Shown: positions 33,170-43,085 of the stretch, in pieces
Numbering within the stretch: the first letter of the stretch is position 1
Layout of the letters: every line of letters starts with the position of its first letter
NCBI GenBank assembly: GCA_035536185.1
Contig: DATLOM010000018.1
Span: 135,865-199,864, forward strand
From: Acidimicrobiales bacterium
Lineage (GTDB): Bacteria; Actinomycetota; Acidimicrobiia; Acidimicrobiales; GCA-2861595
Direction of reading: 5' to 3'
Length of the DNA stretch: 64,000 bases
Translations under genes and position numbers: made by a program
Notes under the pieces: generated by a model
Told to the model about the DNA's origin: nothing
Databases searched by the model: none
What the model saw: only the letters and a program-made list of their open reading frames with translations

Positions 33170-34678
33170 TTACCGCAAGGTGAGGTGGGCCAGGTCCCCG
33201 AGGCGGGCGATGGCCTGCGGGTAGACGCCGAGGGCGACCACCACGATGGCGGTGAAGGCCAGGGCGGCAGCCAGCGCCGGCGGCACCGGGATCGGTGTGG
33301 TGTCGCCGTCGGGCACGGGCTTCATCCACATCTCCTTGGCGACGGCCGAGTAGTAGAAGAGGGCGATAACCGCGTTGAGGCCGGCCACGACGGCCAAAGT
33401 GACCGACGAAGCGGTGCCGGCGTCGAGCGCCGACTCGAAGATGTAGAGCTTGGCGAACCAGCCGGCCAGCGGAGGGAGGCCGGCCAGCGAGAAGAGAAAG
33501 ATGCTCATCAGCAGGGTCAGCCCCGGGGCATAGGTGAACAGCCCGCCGTAGGACGAGATCTCACCGGAATGGGTCTTGCGGGCGACGGCCATGACGATGG
33601 CGAAGGCGCCGAGGTTCATCGCCGCGTAGATCAGCAGGTACACCAGCACCGCCGTCTGCGCCGTGGCTTCTGCTGCCGGGTTCGAGCCGGCCACCGCGAA
33701 GGGCACGAGGATGTACCCGGCCTGGGCCACCGACGAGTAGGCCAGCAGCCGCACGATGTTCGTCTGGCGCAGCGCCACCAGGTTCCCGACCGTCATGGTG
33801 AGGGCGGCGAGCACCCAGAACAGAGGGCCCCAGACCTCCTCCCGGCCGAAGAAGCCGACGAAGACGAGTTGCAGGAGAGCGACGAAACCGGCCGTCTTGG
33901 AGGCCACCGACAAAAAGGCGGTGACCGGCGTGGGAGCGCCCTCATAGGTGTCCGGAGCCCAGAAGTGAAAGGGAACGGCCGAGACCTTGAAGGCGAAGCC
34001 GACGATGACGAAGAAGATGCCGAGGGTGATGATCGGCTGCTCACCCACCGAACCACCCACCTCACGACCGATGGTGCGAAGCACCGTGGACCCGGTGGCG
34101 CCGAAGATCAGCGACATCCCATAGAGCATGACCGCCGACGCCAGCACGCCCAGGAGGTAGTACTTCAGGCACGCCTCGTTGCTGCGCAGGTCCCGCTTGC
34201 GCCAGCCGGCGAGCAGGTATGCGGGAATGGAGAGGAGCTCGAGAGCGACGAAGATCGTGATGAGGTCGCGTGAGGAGCCCATGACCAACATGCCCAGCAG
34301 GGACGAGAGCAGGAGGAACGAGTACTCGCCCTCGTAGTAGTCGCCCTCCCCGATGTAGTTGGAGGACATGAGAAGGACGATGTACCCGGTGACGAGGAAC
34401 AGCCCCTTGACCAGTAGGGCGAAGTTGTCGACCACGTAGGCGCCGCCCAGCATGGACCGGTCGGCGCCGTCGACGGCCAGCAGGATCACCGGTACCAGGC
34501 TCACGAGCACCCCCACACCTGCGAGCTGGGTGACCAGGTACTTGCGGGTCTCGTCCACGAAGACGTCGACCAGGAGGATGCCGACCAGCACCGCGGTGAG
34601 CACGATCTCCGGCGACAGCGCGAAGTAGTCGAGATCCGGAGCCTTCAGGGTCTGGGCCGCGGCCAGGACGGCGTCCAT
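33170..34678 (-). CDS. nuoN: NADH-quinone oxidoreductase subunit N
   Basis: 502 aa, polytopic. It shows KVSAVPFHFWAPDTYEGAPTPVTAFL. Confidence 0.9.
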   Translation of the reverse strand: MDAVLAAAQTLKAPDLDYFALSPEIVLTAVLVGILLVDVFVDETRKYLVTQLAGVGVLVSLVPVILLAVDGADRSMLGGAYVVDNFALLVKGLFLVTGYIVLLMSSNYIGEGDYYEGEYSFLLLSSLLGMLVMGSSRDLITIFVALELLSIPAYLLAGWRKRDLRSNEACLKYYLLGVLASAVMLYGMSLIFGATGSTVLRTIGREVGGSVGEQPIITLGIFFVIVGFAFKVSAVPFHFWAPDTYEGAPTPVTAFLSVASKTAGFVALLQLVFVGFFGREEVWGPLFWVLAALTMTVGNLVALRQTNIVRLLAYSSVAQAGYILVPFAVAGSNPAAEATAQTAVLVYLLIYAAMNLGAFAIVMAVARKTHSGEISSYGGLFTYAPGLTLLMSIFLFSLAGLPPLAGWFAKLYIFESALDAGTASSVTLAVVAGLNAVIALFYYSAVAKEMWMKPVPDGDTTPIPVPPALAAALAFTAIVVVALGVYPQAIARLGDLAHLTLR

Positions 34679-36208
34679 CTAGCCGCCGATGGCCCGGAAG
34701 GCGCTGGACACCGTCCGGACCGACTCGTCGGTGATGCCGAAGATGAGTCGCGGGTACACCCCGAGGACGAAGATGAGGGCGAGCATCGGAGCCCACGCCA
34801 CCCACTCGAGCGGGTGCACGTCGTGCACGTGGGCCTTGGCGAACTCCTCCTTCGGAGTCCCGAACGCGGTGCGCTGGAACATCCACAGCAGGTACCCGGC
34901 GGCCAGCACCGTGCCCACGGCGGCGATGACCATGTAGGTCCGGAACACACCCTCTGAGAGCCCCTCTGCCGGTTGGTAGGCGGAGAGGATGGCCGGGAAC
35001 TCGCCCCAGAACCCGGCAAGACCGGGAAGCCCGAGCGACGCCATGGCGCAGAAACCGAGGATCCATCCGAGCTTCGGCGCCTGCACCAGCAGTCCGCCGA
35101 GCCGGGCCAGCTCGCGCGTTTGATAGCGCTCCTGGATGGAGCCGGCCACGAAGAACAGCATCCCCGTGATCAGGCCGTGGGCGACCATCCCGAAGATGGC
35201 GGCGTTGATGCCGAAGTCGGTGAGGGTGGCGATACCGAGCATCACGAAGCCCATGTGGGCCACGGACGAGAAGGCGATGAGGCGTTTCATGTCCTTCTGG
35301 GCCAGGCAACCGAGCGCTCCGTAGATGATGCCCACCACCGCCAGACCACCTATGTACGGAGCCCACGAGATGGCGGCGTCCGGGAGTATGGGCAGGGCGA
35401 TGCGGATGAAGCCGTAGGTGCCCAGCTTGAGCAGCACGGCGGCGAGGATCACCGATCCGACGGTGGGCGCTTCGGTGTGGGCGTCGGGCAGCCACGTGTG
35501 GAACGGGAACATCGGGACCTTGATGGCGAAGCCCATGAAGAGCCCACCGAAGATCCACAGCTGGACGTTGTGGGGGATGGCGTCGCCGGCGTTGAGGATG
35601 AGCGTCGGGATGTCGAAGGTGTTGCCGGCCCGGAAGAACAGGGCCAGGAACGACAGGATCATCAGGGCGGACCCGAACAGCGTGTAGAGGAAGAACTTGA
35701 TCGAGGCGTACTGGCGGTTGGCGCCCCCCCAAACGCCGATCATGAAGTACATGGGCAGCAGGACCAGCTCGAAGAAGACGAAGAACAGGATCAGGTCCTG
35801 GGCGATGAAGGTGCCGTTCATGCCGACCTCGAGCACGAGCATCAGCATCAGGAAGGCCTTGGGGTTGTGCGGCTCCGGGAAGTGGTCCCACGAATAGATG
35901 ACGCACAGGACGGTGATGAACATGGACAGCACGAGCAGCGGCAGCGAGATGCCGTCGATGCCGACGTGGTACCGGCTGTTGATCACGTCGATCCAGGAGT
36001 GGTCCACCTCGAACTGCAGTTTCCTGCCTGCCCCGTAATCGAAGCGGGAGAGGATGCCGAAGCCGACGGCGGCGGTGATCAGGGTGGTGGCCAGGGCGAC
36101 CGTCTTCTGAGCCTTCTCCTGGGCCTTGGGCAGGGCGGCGAGCACGACCATGCCGATCACGGGCACGAGGACCGCCAGGCTCAGGGCCCAGGAGTCGAAC
36201 ACGTTCAC
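34679..36208 (-). CDS. nuoM: NADH-quinone oxidoreductase subunit M
   Basis: 509 aa. It shows KVPMFPFHTWLPDAHTEAPTVGSVILA. It abuts nuoN with no gap. Confidence 0.9.
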   Translation of the reverse strand: MNVFDSWALSLAVLVPVIGMVVLAALPKAQEKAQKTVALATTLITAAVGFGILSRFDYGAGRKLQFEVDHSWIDVINSRYHVGIDGISLPLLVLSMFITVLCVIYSWDHFPEPHNPKAFLMLMLVLEVGMNGTFIAQDLILFFVFFELVLLPMYFMIGVWGGANRQYASIKFFLYTLFGSALMILSFLALFFRAGNTFDIPTLILNAGDAIPHNVQLWIFGGLFMGFAIKVPMFPFHTWLPDAHTEAPTVGSVILAAVLLKLGTYGFIRIALPILPDAAISWAPYIGGLAVVGIIYGALGCLAQKDMKRLIAFSSVAHMGFVMLGIATLTDFGINAAIFGMVAHGLITGMLFFVAGSIQERYQTRELARLGGLLVQAPKLGWILGFCAMASLGLPGLAGFWGEFPAILSAYQPAEGLSEGVFRTYMVIAAVGTVLAAGYLLWMFQRTAFGTPKEEFAKAHVHDVHPLEWVAWAPMLALIFVLGVYPRLIFGITDESVRTVSSAFRAIGG

Positions 36209-36235
36209 AGGTGCTTCCCTTCGTTGAAGTGGAGA

Positions 36236-38422
36236 TCAGGTGAAGAGGACAAGGGCTCCGCCGAGTAGAGCGACAGCACCGAACAGGAAGGCGGCATACT
36301 GCTGCACGCGACCGGTCTGGAGCACGCGGAGAACCGACCCACCCTCTTCGGCGGTGAGTCCGACGCCGTTCACGAGGCCGTCGACACCCTTCTGGTCGAG
36401 GACGTCGTAGGTGAAGTTGCCGGCCTTGCGGGCACCGATGCCCGCGGCGTTGACGACGGCGTCGATCACCCGCTGGTTCACGATGTAGGCGCCGCGGGCG
36501 ATCGGTCCCTTGATGGAGCCGACGATCCCATCGGTGTACAGACGGTCGAGGTAGTACTTGTTCTCGAGGAGGCGGTAGCCGGCCAGGGCCGCACCATTGC
36601 GCTCCGTGAGCCGGTGCGGTCCCAGGTTGCGCCAGTAATAGAGGTAGCTGGCGGTGATGCCGGCGAGACCGAAGGCCATCCCCATCACCGCGGTGCTGAT
36701 GGAGAACTCGTGGTGAGCGACGCCGGCCAGGAGCACCGCTTCGTTCTCGGTCCACTCGGAGAAGAGCTCGATGCCCGGGGCGTTGAGCAGACCGGCGACG
36801 GCGGAGAGCACGGCCAGCACGATCAGGGGAACGGTGATGGCCGGCGGTGACTCGTGAGGGTGGCCGTGGCCCCGGTACTCGCCGAAGAAGGTGAGGTAGA
36901 CGCACCGGGTCATGTAGGCCGCGGTCATGAACGCACCCACCAGGCCCACGACGAGGAAGAGCTCGTAGCCGTTCTCGCCGGCCCCCAGCAGTATCTCGTC
37001 CTTCGACCAGAACCCGGCCAGGGGGAAGATGCCGGCCAGGGCGAGGGTACCGACCATGAACGTCTTGTAGGTGGTCGGCATGGCCTTGCGCATCCCTCCC
37101 ATGTCCTTCTTCATGTCGAAGCTGTGGACGGCGTGGCTGACGGAGCCGGCACCGAGGAAGAGGAGCCCCTTGAAGAAGGCGTGGGTGAACAGGTGGAAGA
37201 TGCCGGCCGTCCACGCCCCTACTCCAAGGGCCATCACCATGTACCCGAGCTGGCTGACGGTGGAGTAGGCGAGGACCTTCTTGATGTCGCTCTGCACGAA
37301 GGCGAGGAGAGCGGCGATGATGACGGTGATGCCGCCGATGAGGGCGATGGGATTGATCCCTCCTCCGCCGATGTCGAAGGCCGACCAGAACACGCCGTAC
37401 ATGCGGGCGACCAGGTAGACGCCGGCCACGACCATGGTCGCGGCATGGATCAGGGCCGAGACCGGTGTGGGGCCGGCCATGGCGTCGGGTAGCCAGGTGT
37501 GGAGCGGGAACTGGGCGCTCTTGCCGATGACGGCACAGAAGAGGGCGGCGGCGGCGGCCAGCAGGACGGTGTGGCTGATGTCGCCGGCGAGGGCGGCGCG
37601 GTTCGTGGTGGCGATGTCGAAGGTGGTGCCGGCGGCGAAGAACAGGATGGAGATGCCGACCAGTAGGCCGATGTCACCCGTGCGGGTGGTGAAGAAGGCC
37701 TTGAGGGCGGCATCGGAGTTGTTCTTCTCCTCCCACCAGTGCCCGATGAGCATGAACGAGCACAGGCCCATCATCTCCCAGCCGAAGAGGAGCTGAAGGG
37801 TGTTGCCGGCGGTGACCATGATGAGCATGCCGGCGGTGAAGAGGCTGAGGGCGGCGAAGAAGTGGGTGTAGCGGCGGTCGTCGTGCATGTAGCTGGTGGA
37901 GAACACATGGACGGCCAGTGAGATCAGGGTCACAACGAAGAGCATGACGACGGCCAATCCGTCCATGTGTATGCCGGCGTTGATCCTCACGGGGCCGTTC
38001 TCGAACCAGGTGCCCTCGCGCACCACCGGCTTGCGGATGGGCTCGGCCTCGTGGCCTCCTTCCTCGCCACCGTGGCCGCCGCCTTCCTCCTCGGCGGCCG
38101 ACGCAGCCGGGGTGGCATCGTGTTCGGCCGCCTCGCCCTGCCCCGACTCCTCCGCCCCGTGCCCGGCTTCCTCCTCTGGTTCGTGGTGCTCCTCCCCGGA
38201 GCCCTGGGGCTCACCATGCCCGGCGGCGGCCGCCGGCTCCACGGTGAGATCAGCCGGACGCCCCACCCACTCCACGGCACAGATGGAGGAGAGGACAAAG
38301 GCGATGGCGATGGCGGCCAGCCCGATCTCGTGGCCCTTGCGGGGCAGCCGCTTGCCGAAGAAGAGGATGAGGGCGAAGGAGAGGACCATCACCGCAGGGA
38401 TGACCCAGGCGTAGGCGAGCAC
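36236..38422 (-). CDS. nuoL: NADH-quinone oxidoreductase subunit L, with a ~75-aa His/Glu/Gly-rich insertion after TM1
   Basis: 728 aa. It shows GDIGLLVGI and SAQFPLHTWLPDAMAGPTPVSALIHAATMV. The insertion runs GHGEPQGSGEEHHEPEEEAGHGAEE...GGGHGGEEGGHEAE. Confidence 0.9.
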   Translation of the reverse strand: MLAYAWVIPAVMVLSFALILFFGKRLPRKGHEIGLAAIAIAFVLSSICAVEWVGRPADLTVEPAAAAGHGEPQGSGEEHHEPEEEAGHGAEESGQGEAAEHDATPAASAAEEEGGGHGGEEGGHEAEPIRKPVVREGTWFENGPVRINAGIHMDGLAVVMLFVVTLISLAVHVFSTSYMHDDRRYTHFFAALSLFTAGMLIMVTAGNTLQLLFGWEMMGLCSFMLIGHWWEEKNNSDAALKAFFTTRTGDIGLLVGISILFFAAGTTFDIATTNRAALAGDISHTVLLAAAAALFCAVIGKSAQFPLHTWLPDAMAGPTPVSALIHAATMVVAGVYLVARMYGVFWSAFDIGGGGINPIALIGGITVIIAALLAFVQSDIKKVLAYSTVSQLGYMVMALGVGAWTAGIFHLFTHAFFKGLLFLGAGSVSHAVHSFDMKKDMGGMRKAMPTTYKTFMVGTLALAGIFPLAGFWSKDEILLGAGENGYELFLVVGLVGAFMTAAYMTRCVYLTFFGEYRGHGHPHESPPAITVPLIVLAVLSAVAGLLNAPGIELFSEWTENEAVLLAGVAHHEFSISTAVMGMAFGLAGITASYLYYWRNLGPHRLTERNGAALAGYRLLENKYYLDRLYTDGIVGSIKGPIARGAYIVNQRVIDAVVNAAGIGARKAGNFTYDVLDQKGVDGLVNGVGLTAEEGGSVLRVLQTGRVQQYAAFLFGAVALLGGALVLFT

Positions 38423-38424
38423 CG

Positions 38425-38724
38425 TCAGCCCTTCATCAAATCGACTTCGGACAGGTCGATGGACTGGCGGTTGCGGTAGATGAGCAGGACGATGGCCAGC
38501 CCGACCCCGACCTCGGCGGCGGCCACGGCGATGACGAACAGGGCGAAGACCTGCCCGGCCACGGTGTTGTGGAAGGCGCCGAAGGCGACGAGATTGATGT
38601 TCACGGCGTTGAGGATGAGCTCGACGGACATCAGCACGAGCACCCCGTTCTTGCGGGCCAGCACGCCGTACACGCCGACGCTGAACAGGAAGGCGGCCAG
38701 GAGCAGGAACTGGTTCAGGTACAC
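38425..38724 (-). CDS. nuoK: NADH-quinone oxidoreductase subunit K
   Basis: 99 aa with three hydrophobic helices. It shows MSVELILNAVNINLVAF. Confidence 0.88.
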   Translation of the reverse strand: MYLNQFLLLAAFLFSVGVYGVLARKNGVLVLMSVELILNAVNINLVAFGAFHNTVAGQVFALFVIAVAAAEVGVGLAIVLLIYRNRQSIDLSEVDLMKG

Positions 38725-38725
38725 C

Positions 38726-39220
38726 TCAGTCCCTCCTGGCGATCACGACGGCGCCTATCAGGGCGGCGAGGAGGAGGACCGAGATCACCTCGAAGGGGAT
38801 CACGTAGACCTGGAAGATCGAGGTGCCGACCTCGCTGCTCCGCTGCACGGCACCGTCGGCCGGCAGCTTCACGTCGTCGTAGGCATCGGTGAGCACCCCG
38901 GCCAGCACCCCGAGCATGAGCATGGACACCACGAGGGCCAGCCAGCGCTGGTCGTTGTCGAGATCGGACGTGCGCCCGATGGGCGCGCGGGTCAGCATGA
39001 TCCCGAACAGGAACAGCACGACGATGGCCCCGATGTAGACGAGGATCTGCGCGGCGGCGGTGAACTCGGCGGCCAGGAGGATGAACATGGCGGCCACGCC
39101 GGCCAGCACCACCACCAGGTACAGAGCGGCGTGCACGATGTTCTTCGTGGTCACGACACGGATGGCGGCCAGGCCCATGGCCACGGCAATTATCCCGAAG
39201 ATGATGTTCTGGGCCAGCAT
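38726..39220 (-). CDS. nuoJ: NADH-quinone oxidoreductase subunit J
   Basis: 164 aa and hydrophobic. It lies between nuoI and nuoK and shows AAAQILVYIGAIVVLFLF. Confidence 0.85.
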   Translation of the reverse strand: MLAQNIIFGIIAVAMGLAAIRVVTTKNIVHAALYLVVVLAGVAAMFILLAAEFTAAAQILVYIGAIVVLFLFGIMLTRAPIGRTSDLDNDQRWLALVVSMLMLGVLAGVLTDAYDDVKLPADGAVQRSSEVGTSIFQVYVIPFEVISVLLLAALIGAVVIARRD

Positions 39221-39223
39221 CGG

Positions 39224-39709
39224 CTACTTCTTGGCGCCCTTCTTGGCCTCGGCCCCCCGCTCCAGGGCCGGCGGCTCCGGAACGGTCTCCATCCACTCCC
39301 CCAACTTGGTCTTGTCGTGCAGGAGGTCGGCGATCTTCACCTCGGAGTACTCGAACTCAGGGCTCCAGAACAGGGCGTCGAAGGGGCAGACCTCGACGCA
39401 GATCCCGCAGTACATGCACAGCGAGTAGTCGATGTCGAAACGGTCGAGCTTCTGGACGGTGCGCGGTTTGCCCCCTTCCCGCCGGGGCGGTGCCTTGTCC
39501 TTGTAGCCCTCGATGTAGATGCACCAGTCGGGGCACTCCCGGGCGCACAGCATGCAGACCGTGCAGTTCTCCTCCTTCAAGGCGATCACGCCGCGAGCTC
39601 GGGTTGGCGGAGCCTCCTTGACGTGGGGGTACTGCACCGTCACCGCCGGCTTCATCATCGTCTTGAAGGTGACGCCGAGGCCCTTGAGCAGGCCGGGTAT
39701 CTGAGCCAT
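39224..39709 (-). CDS. nuoI: NADH-quinone oxidoreductase subunit I (2x[4Fe-4S] ferredoxin)
   Basis: It shows [12 protein letters not shown] and [12 protein letters not shown]. Confidence 0.92.
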   Translation of the reverse strand: MAQIPGLLKGLGVTFKTMMKPAVTVQYPHVKEAPPTRARGVIALKEENCTVCMLCARECPDWCIYIEGYKDKAPPRREGGKPRTVQKLDRFDIDYSLCMYCGICVEVCPFDALFWSPEFEYSEVKIADLLHDKTKLGEWMETVPEPPALERGAEAKKGAKK

Positions 39710-40740
39710 CAGAAGACAACTTTCAGGACGCCGGTGGCGGCGATGTTGAGGAGGGAGAGCGGTATGAGCAGCTTCCAGGCGAAGGCCTGGAGCTGATCCT
39801 CCCGCAGCCGCGGGTAGCTGAAGCGGAACCAGAAGATGAAGAAGGCCACGAGCATGATCTTGGCTCCGAGCACGAGCGGCCCGAGAACGTCGGCGAGGGT
39901 CCCCTCCACCCCGGGGACGTACCAGCCGCCCAGGAACAAGGTGGCGCCGATGGCGGAGAAGGCGAAGGCGGTGCCGAACTCGCCCATGAAGAAGAAGAGG
40001 AACCGGAACCCGGTGTACTCGGTCATGTAGCCGGCCACCAGCTCGGACTCGGCGACGGGCATGTCGAACGGCGCCTGGGTGAGCTCGGCCTGAGCGGCGA
40101 TGAGGAAGAGGGCGAAGCCGATGAACTGGGTGAAGATGAAAGGGTTGCCGATGAGGCCGACACCGAAGATCTCGCCGTCGGCCTGCGCCATCACGATGCC
40201 CTGGAGGCTCATGGTGCCGGCCTGGATGACCACTCCCACCACGGCCAGGACCAGGGGCAGCTCATAGGCGATCAGCTGGCCGGCGGCCCGCAGGGCACCG
40301 ATCAGGGAGTACTTGTTGGCCGAGGCCCAGCCGGCCATGAGGATGCCGAGCACCGACAGCGAGGACACGGCCAGGGCGAAGAAGATCCCGGTGTCCAGGT
40401 CCTCGATGATCAGCCGGGGGCCCGCGGGAATGACGATGTAGAGCAGGAAGGTGGACATCAGCACCACGATGGGTGCGGCGGCGAAGACGAAGCGGTCGGA
40501 GCGCTCCGGGAAGATGTCCTCCTTCTGGATGAACTTCAGGCCGTCGGCCACGAGCTGCAGGGAACCGTGCGGCCCGGCTTCCATGGGGCCGAGACGGCTC
40601 TGCATGTGACTCATCATCTTGAGCAGGAACACGTAGCCGAGGATGATGGCGCCGGCGGGGATGAGCCCGAGCACGACGACCACCTTCAGCAGCGTGGTGG
40701 CCCAGTAGGCGCCGAAGTCGACTCCCAGCATCAGGGGCAT
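39709..40740 (-). CDS. nuoH: NADH-quinone oxidoreductase subunit H
   Basis: Trimmed to ATG 40740, which forms a TGATG overlap with the nuoD stop. It shows [25 protein letters not shown]. Confidence 0.9.
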   Translation of the reverse strand: MPLMLGVDFGAYWATTLLKVVVVLGLIPAGAIILGYVFLLKMMSHMQSRLGPMEAGPHGSLQLVADGLKFIQKEDIFPERSDRFVFAAAPIVVLMSTFLLYIVIPAGPRLIIEDLDTGIFFALAVSSLSVLGILMAGWASANKYSLIGALRAAGQLIAYELPLVLAVVGVVIQAGTMSLQGIVMAQADGEIFGVGLIGNPFIFTQFIGFALFLIAAQAELTQAPFDMPVAESELVAGYMTEYTGFRFLFFFMGEFGTAFAFSAIGATLFLGGWYVPGVEGTLADVLGPLVLGAKIMLVAFFIFWFRFSYPRLREDQLQAFAWKLLIPLSLLNIAATGVLKVVF

Positions 40741-41912
40741 CAGCGGTCGATGTCCCCGAGGATGAAGTAGAGCGACGCCAGGATCGTGATCACGTCCGGA
40801 ACGTAGACGCCGCGGAGGAGCCAGGGCACGATGGAGATGTTGTTGAACGAGGCGCTGCGGATCTTGACCCGGAAGGGGCCCCGGCCGCCCTTGCTGACGA
40901 CGTAGTAACCCATCTCGCCCAGCGGGTTCTCGGTGTGGCACCACGCCTCACCGGCCGGCACCTTGATGATGCGGGGAACCTTGGCCTGGATCGAGCCCGA
41001 GGGAAGGCCGTCGAGCAACTGGGTGATGATCTTGGCCGCCTCCCGGGTCTCCTGCAGCCGGACCCAGTAGCGGGCGTAGGAATCACCGTCGGGGTGGGTC
41101 CAGACCTTCCAGTCGCAGTGCTTCCACGCCAGCGGAGAATCCTCGTCCCGGCGCAGGTCCCAGTCCACGCCGCTGGCCCGGATGTTCGCGCCGGAGAGGC
41201 CGTACTCGAGGCCCACGGCGGCGGGAATGACGCCGATCCCGCGGGTACGGGTCTGGAAGATCTCGTTGCCCATGAGCAGGTCCTCCATCTCCTGGCAGAA
41301 GGAGATGACACGGGCCATCACGCCATGGCATTCGTCGACCCAGCCCCGGGGCAGGTCCTCCTTGAGGCCGCCCAGGCGATCGAAGTTCGGGTGGAAGCGG
41401 CCGCCGGTGGCCGCCTCCATGAGGTTCAGCACGTACTCACGGTCCCGGAAGGCGTAGAAGACCGGCGTGATGGCGCCGAGCTGGATGCCCATGTCGCCCA
41501 GGAACAGGCTGACGTTGGCGATGCGGGCCATCTCGAAGAAGATGGTGCGGATCCACTGGGCCCGCGGCGGAGCCTCGATCCCCATGAGCTGCTCGGCGGC
41601 GAGGATGAACGGGACCTCGTTGGCGAAGTGGCCGAGCCAGTCGATGCGGTTGATGAGGGTGGTCACCTGGGGATAGGTGCGCACCTCGCAGAGCTTTTCG
41701 TAGCCCCGGTGCATGTAGCCGCAGATCGGCTCGGCCCACACCACCTGCTCGCCGTCGAGGCGGACGACGATGCGCAAGGTGCCGTGGGTGGCGGGGTGCT
41801 GAGGGCCGAGGTTGAGGGTCATCCCCTCGGTCTCGAGCTCCACGTTCACCCTTGCGTCGGCGGCCTGGCCGGCGATGTAGGCCGACTTCTGCCAATCGGT
41901 GGTGACGGCCAT
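40740..41912 (-). CDS. nuoD: NADH-quinone oxidoreductase subunit D
   Basis: Trimmed to ATG 41912, which forms a TGATG overlap with the nuoC stop. It shows LNLGPQHPATHGTLR and ends ...LASLYFILGDIDR. Confidence 0.92.
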   Translation of the reverse strand: MAVTTDWQKSAYIAGQAADARVNVELETEGMTLNLGPQHPATHGTLRIVVRLDGEQVVWAEPICGYMHRGYEKLCEVRTYPQVTTLINRIDWLGHFANEVPFILAAEQLMGIEAPPRAQWIRTIFFEMARIANVSLFLGDMGIQLGAITPVFYAFRDREYVLNLMEAATGGRFHPNFDRLGGLKEDLPRGWVDECHGVMARVISFCQEMEDLLMGNEIFQTRTRGIGVIPAAVGLEYGLSGANIRASGVDWDLRRDEDSPLAWKHCDWKVWTHPDGDSYARYWVRLQETREAAKIITQLLDGLPSGSIQAKVPRIIKVPAGEAWCHTENPLGEMGYYVVSKGGRGPFRVKIRSASFNNISIVPWLLRGVYVPDVITILASLYFILGDIDR

Positions 41913-42565
41913 CAGGAATCCGCTCCCGCGCCGGCGGCGGCCACGCTGTCGTCGACCTCGGCCTCCTCGCCGGGCATCGGCTCCACGTCCACCAGGCCGG
42001 GCCAGGGCTTTACCTCCCGCGACAGCAGTGGGAAGTCCTTCCGCAGGGGATGGCCCTCGAACTCCCCGGGGAGGTACATGTGACGCAGGCGGGGGTGACC
42101 GTCGAAGTCGAAGCCGTACATCTCCCAGGCCTCGCGCTCGTGCCAGTCGGCACCGCGGTAGACGCCGACCCACGACTCGACTCGAGGATCGGTCTCGTCG
42201 AGGTCCGCCTTCAGCGTGAGCCCCCGCTTCTCGGTCGTCGAGTACAGCCTGGCGAAGACCTGGAACCTCGTGTCCCCACCGGCCGCGCCGGTCTGGATCC
42301 CTGCTGCTGGCTCTGGCTCGGCCTCGTCGCCCTCCATGACGACGCCGCCGCCCTCCGGTTCCCAGACCTTCTCCCCCGACATGGCCGGGTTCACCATCCA
42401 GTCGATGCCGGACAGGAAGCAGAAGTAGTCCATGTCCAGCTCGTCCCGGCAGAGCTCGGCCAGGCGGCGCCACATGGTGCGATCGACGCGCACACAGAGG
42501 TCCGATCCGGTGATCTCAGAGCCCAGGATCCCTCCGCCGAGCTCACGCCTGAGCACCTCCAGCAT
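41912..42565 (-). CDS. nuoC: NADH-quinone oxidoreductase subunit C
   Basis: It starts at ATG 42565 with GAGGAGG 11 nt upstream. It shows ADWHEREAWEMYGFDFDGHP. Confidence 0.85.
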   Translation of the reverse strand: MLEVLRRELGGGILGSEITGSDLCVRVDRTMWRRLAELCRDELDMDYFCFLSGIDWMVNPAMSGEKVWEPEGGGVVMEGDEAEPEPAAGIQTGAAGGDTRFQVFARLYSTTEKRGLTLKADLDETDPRVESWVGVYRGADWHEREAWEMYGFDFDGHPRLRHMYLPGEFEGHPLRKDFPLLSREVKPWPGLVDVEPMPGEEAEVDDSVAAAGAGADS

Positions 42566-42581
42566 CCGCTGAGGTGCCTCC

Positions 42582-43085
42582 TCAGGAGCCGACGACAATG
42601 GGGTCACCCTTCCACCGCTCGGCCATGTCCTCGTGCTGGATCCGCTCCTGCAGCAGGACGATCCCCTCCAACAGAGCCTCGGGTCGGGGCGGGCAACCGG
42701 GTACGTACACGTCGACCGGGATGATCTGGTCGACACCCTTGGTCACTGAGTAGCTGTCCCAGTACGGCCCGCCGCAGTTCGCACAGGATCCCATGGAGAT
42801 GACGTACTTCGGGTCCGGCATCTGCTCCCACAGGCGGCGGATCGGCGGCGCCATCTTGTCGGTCACCGTTCCCGAGATGACGACGAGATCGGCTTGGCGG
42901 GCGCTGGCCGGGAACGGGATGACGCCCAGGCGCATGACGTCGTACCGAGGCGAGCCGAAGGCCGCTCCCATCTCGATGGCGCAGCAGGCGAGGCCCCACT
43001 GGTACACCCACAGGGAGTACTTGCGGCTGAGGTTGAGCAGGTAGGTGAGGGGCTTCGGGATGAGCCCCTTCTCGACTAGACCCAC
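42582..43085 (-). CDS. nuoB: NADH-quinone oxidoreductase subunit B
   Basis: Trimmed to GTG 43085. The cluster N2 ligands are [20 protein letters not shown] and VPGCPP. Confidence 0.9.
   Translation of the reverse strand: MGLVEKGLIPKPLTYLLNLSRKYSLWVYQWGLACCAIEMGAAFGSPRYDVMRLGVIPFPASARQADLVVISGTVTDKMAPPIRRLWEQMPDPKYVISMGSCANCGGPYWDSYSVTKGVDQIIPVDVYVPGCPPRPEALLEGIVLLQERIQHEDMAERWKGDPIVVGS

Noticed and set aside
34062-37214. A 1050-aa minus-strand ORF spanning nuoL, nuoM and nuoN out of frame.
   Set aside because: Its translation is Arg/Pro/Gly-rich and overlaps three well-supported nuo genes in another frame. It is a GC-skewed artefact.
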